Positions 63,081-64,000 of a DNA stretch of 64,000 bases are shown piece by piece (within the stretch, counting starts at the first letter, position 1; every line of letters begins with the position of its first letter). The position numbers and the translations under genes were made by a program. The stretch covers positions 3,720,001 to 3,784,000 of the forward strand of contig JAQFVV010000001.1 in NCBI GenBank assembly GCA_028023455.1. The letters are read 5' to 3'. The notes under the pieces are model-generated. The model was not told the origin of the DNA. It was given only the letters and a program-made list of their open reading frames with translations, and made no database searches. This DNA comes from Epiperipatus broadwayi (lineage: Eukaryota > Animalia > Onychophora).

Positions 63081-63366
63081 TTAAAGTAGTATGTACTTAC
63101 ATGTTTATAAATAAATTTGTAAGTATATATAAAATAGAATGAGATGTGTTCGTATTTTTTTAAAATTTGTACTAGAATATCAATTGGTACTATTATTGGG
63201 CTGCATTTCTTTGCATTTTGCACTATATCAATGACTGTCTTAAATAATAATGCTGCTTGCCCTGTTGATGACCCTTTTTTAGCGAATTATGACTGCAATA
63301 GTAGTGATAATAGGTGAGGCTCCATCTTGGTTTTTAATACCTTTTCAAATAATTTTATTCTTAAAA

Positions 63367-63438
63367 GAGATAAACAATCACCAATAGACGTATTTCGTGC
63401 TGAACCAGCATTCGTCAGTTGGTCCAGATTATCATCTC
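63367..63438 (-). ncRNA. type I hammerhead ribozyme motif (family A), probably impaired
   Basis: Minus strand: GAGAUGAUAAUC-UGG-ACCAA CUGACGA AUGCUG(GUU)CAGCAC GAAA UACGUC UA / UUGGU GAUUGUU U AUCUC. Core intact, but G10.1 is changed to A and stem III has a U-C mismatch. Confidence 0.65.
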
Positions 63439-64000
63439 TAAATAAAATAATTTTATTCTTAAATGGGCCATGCTGATTTTAAAATATGCTTTCTATAGTG
63501 AAAGCTAAAGATAAAATAGTTAATGGGACAACCGCAATGCTTGTGTATATTTATCTGAATGATTTAAATCTCAAGAGTCATAGATGGTTAAATTAACAGA
63601 GTTAAGTTACAATCCATAGATCTTTAGTTTTCAAATCCACCATTCTATTACTGCACTAAATCATGCTTTCTTGATCACGTATTCATGAATTTTATATTAA
63701 AATGAGATGATATTTTTTAAAAAGTTATTCTAATCATGAAGAAAATATTATAAGGCTATAAATTATATATATATTTTTTTTGGTGTTTATTTCAAATAAA
63801 GTAATAATATTAGTTCTCAAAAGTTACGTTTTATTGCTTAATGATGCTTTGCAGAAAGAAAAAATAACAGATCAATTTACAAAAAATAATATAGTAACAG
63901 CTCATTGGAATATTCAAAACCATCCAGAAAGTCTTTTCAAAAATAGTTATTTTCAGACTTTGTAAATGTAATAGCCTTCTTTTCATAGTAATTAAATAGA

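Overview
AT-rich eukaryotic DNA, most likely from a large invertebrate (arthropod-like) genome. I recognise no host gene; the window reads as intron/intergenic sequence densely filled with transposable elements. From left to right: (1) a decayed L1/Tx1-like LINE (about 2.2-11.6 kb) whose ORF1 is interrupted by a full-length but dead hAT/Buster transposon (2624-6237). (2) A Buster-derived MITE (19736-20970) carrying a nested, unclassified 518-bp TIR element with a 5-bp TSD. (3) An old Gypsy-type LTR-gag-protease-LTR remnant (21132-24627). (4) A decayed RTE LINE (41.25-44.1 kb). (5) A very young 8-kb LTR retroelement (46733-54735; CTAT TSD; 2.6-kb LTRs about 99.6% identical) whose only ORF is an intact Gag that appears fused in frame to an integrase C-terminal tail, with pol absent. 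(6) Several foldback/MITE-like repeats and a second L1-like fragment (61.6-63.1 kb). Two unrelated type I hammerhead ribozyme motifs are also present: a single one at 40719-40774, and one carried by a dispersed repeat family with about 5 copies in the window. All family assignments rest on motif recognition by eye; no database search was run.
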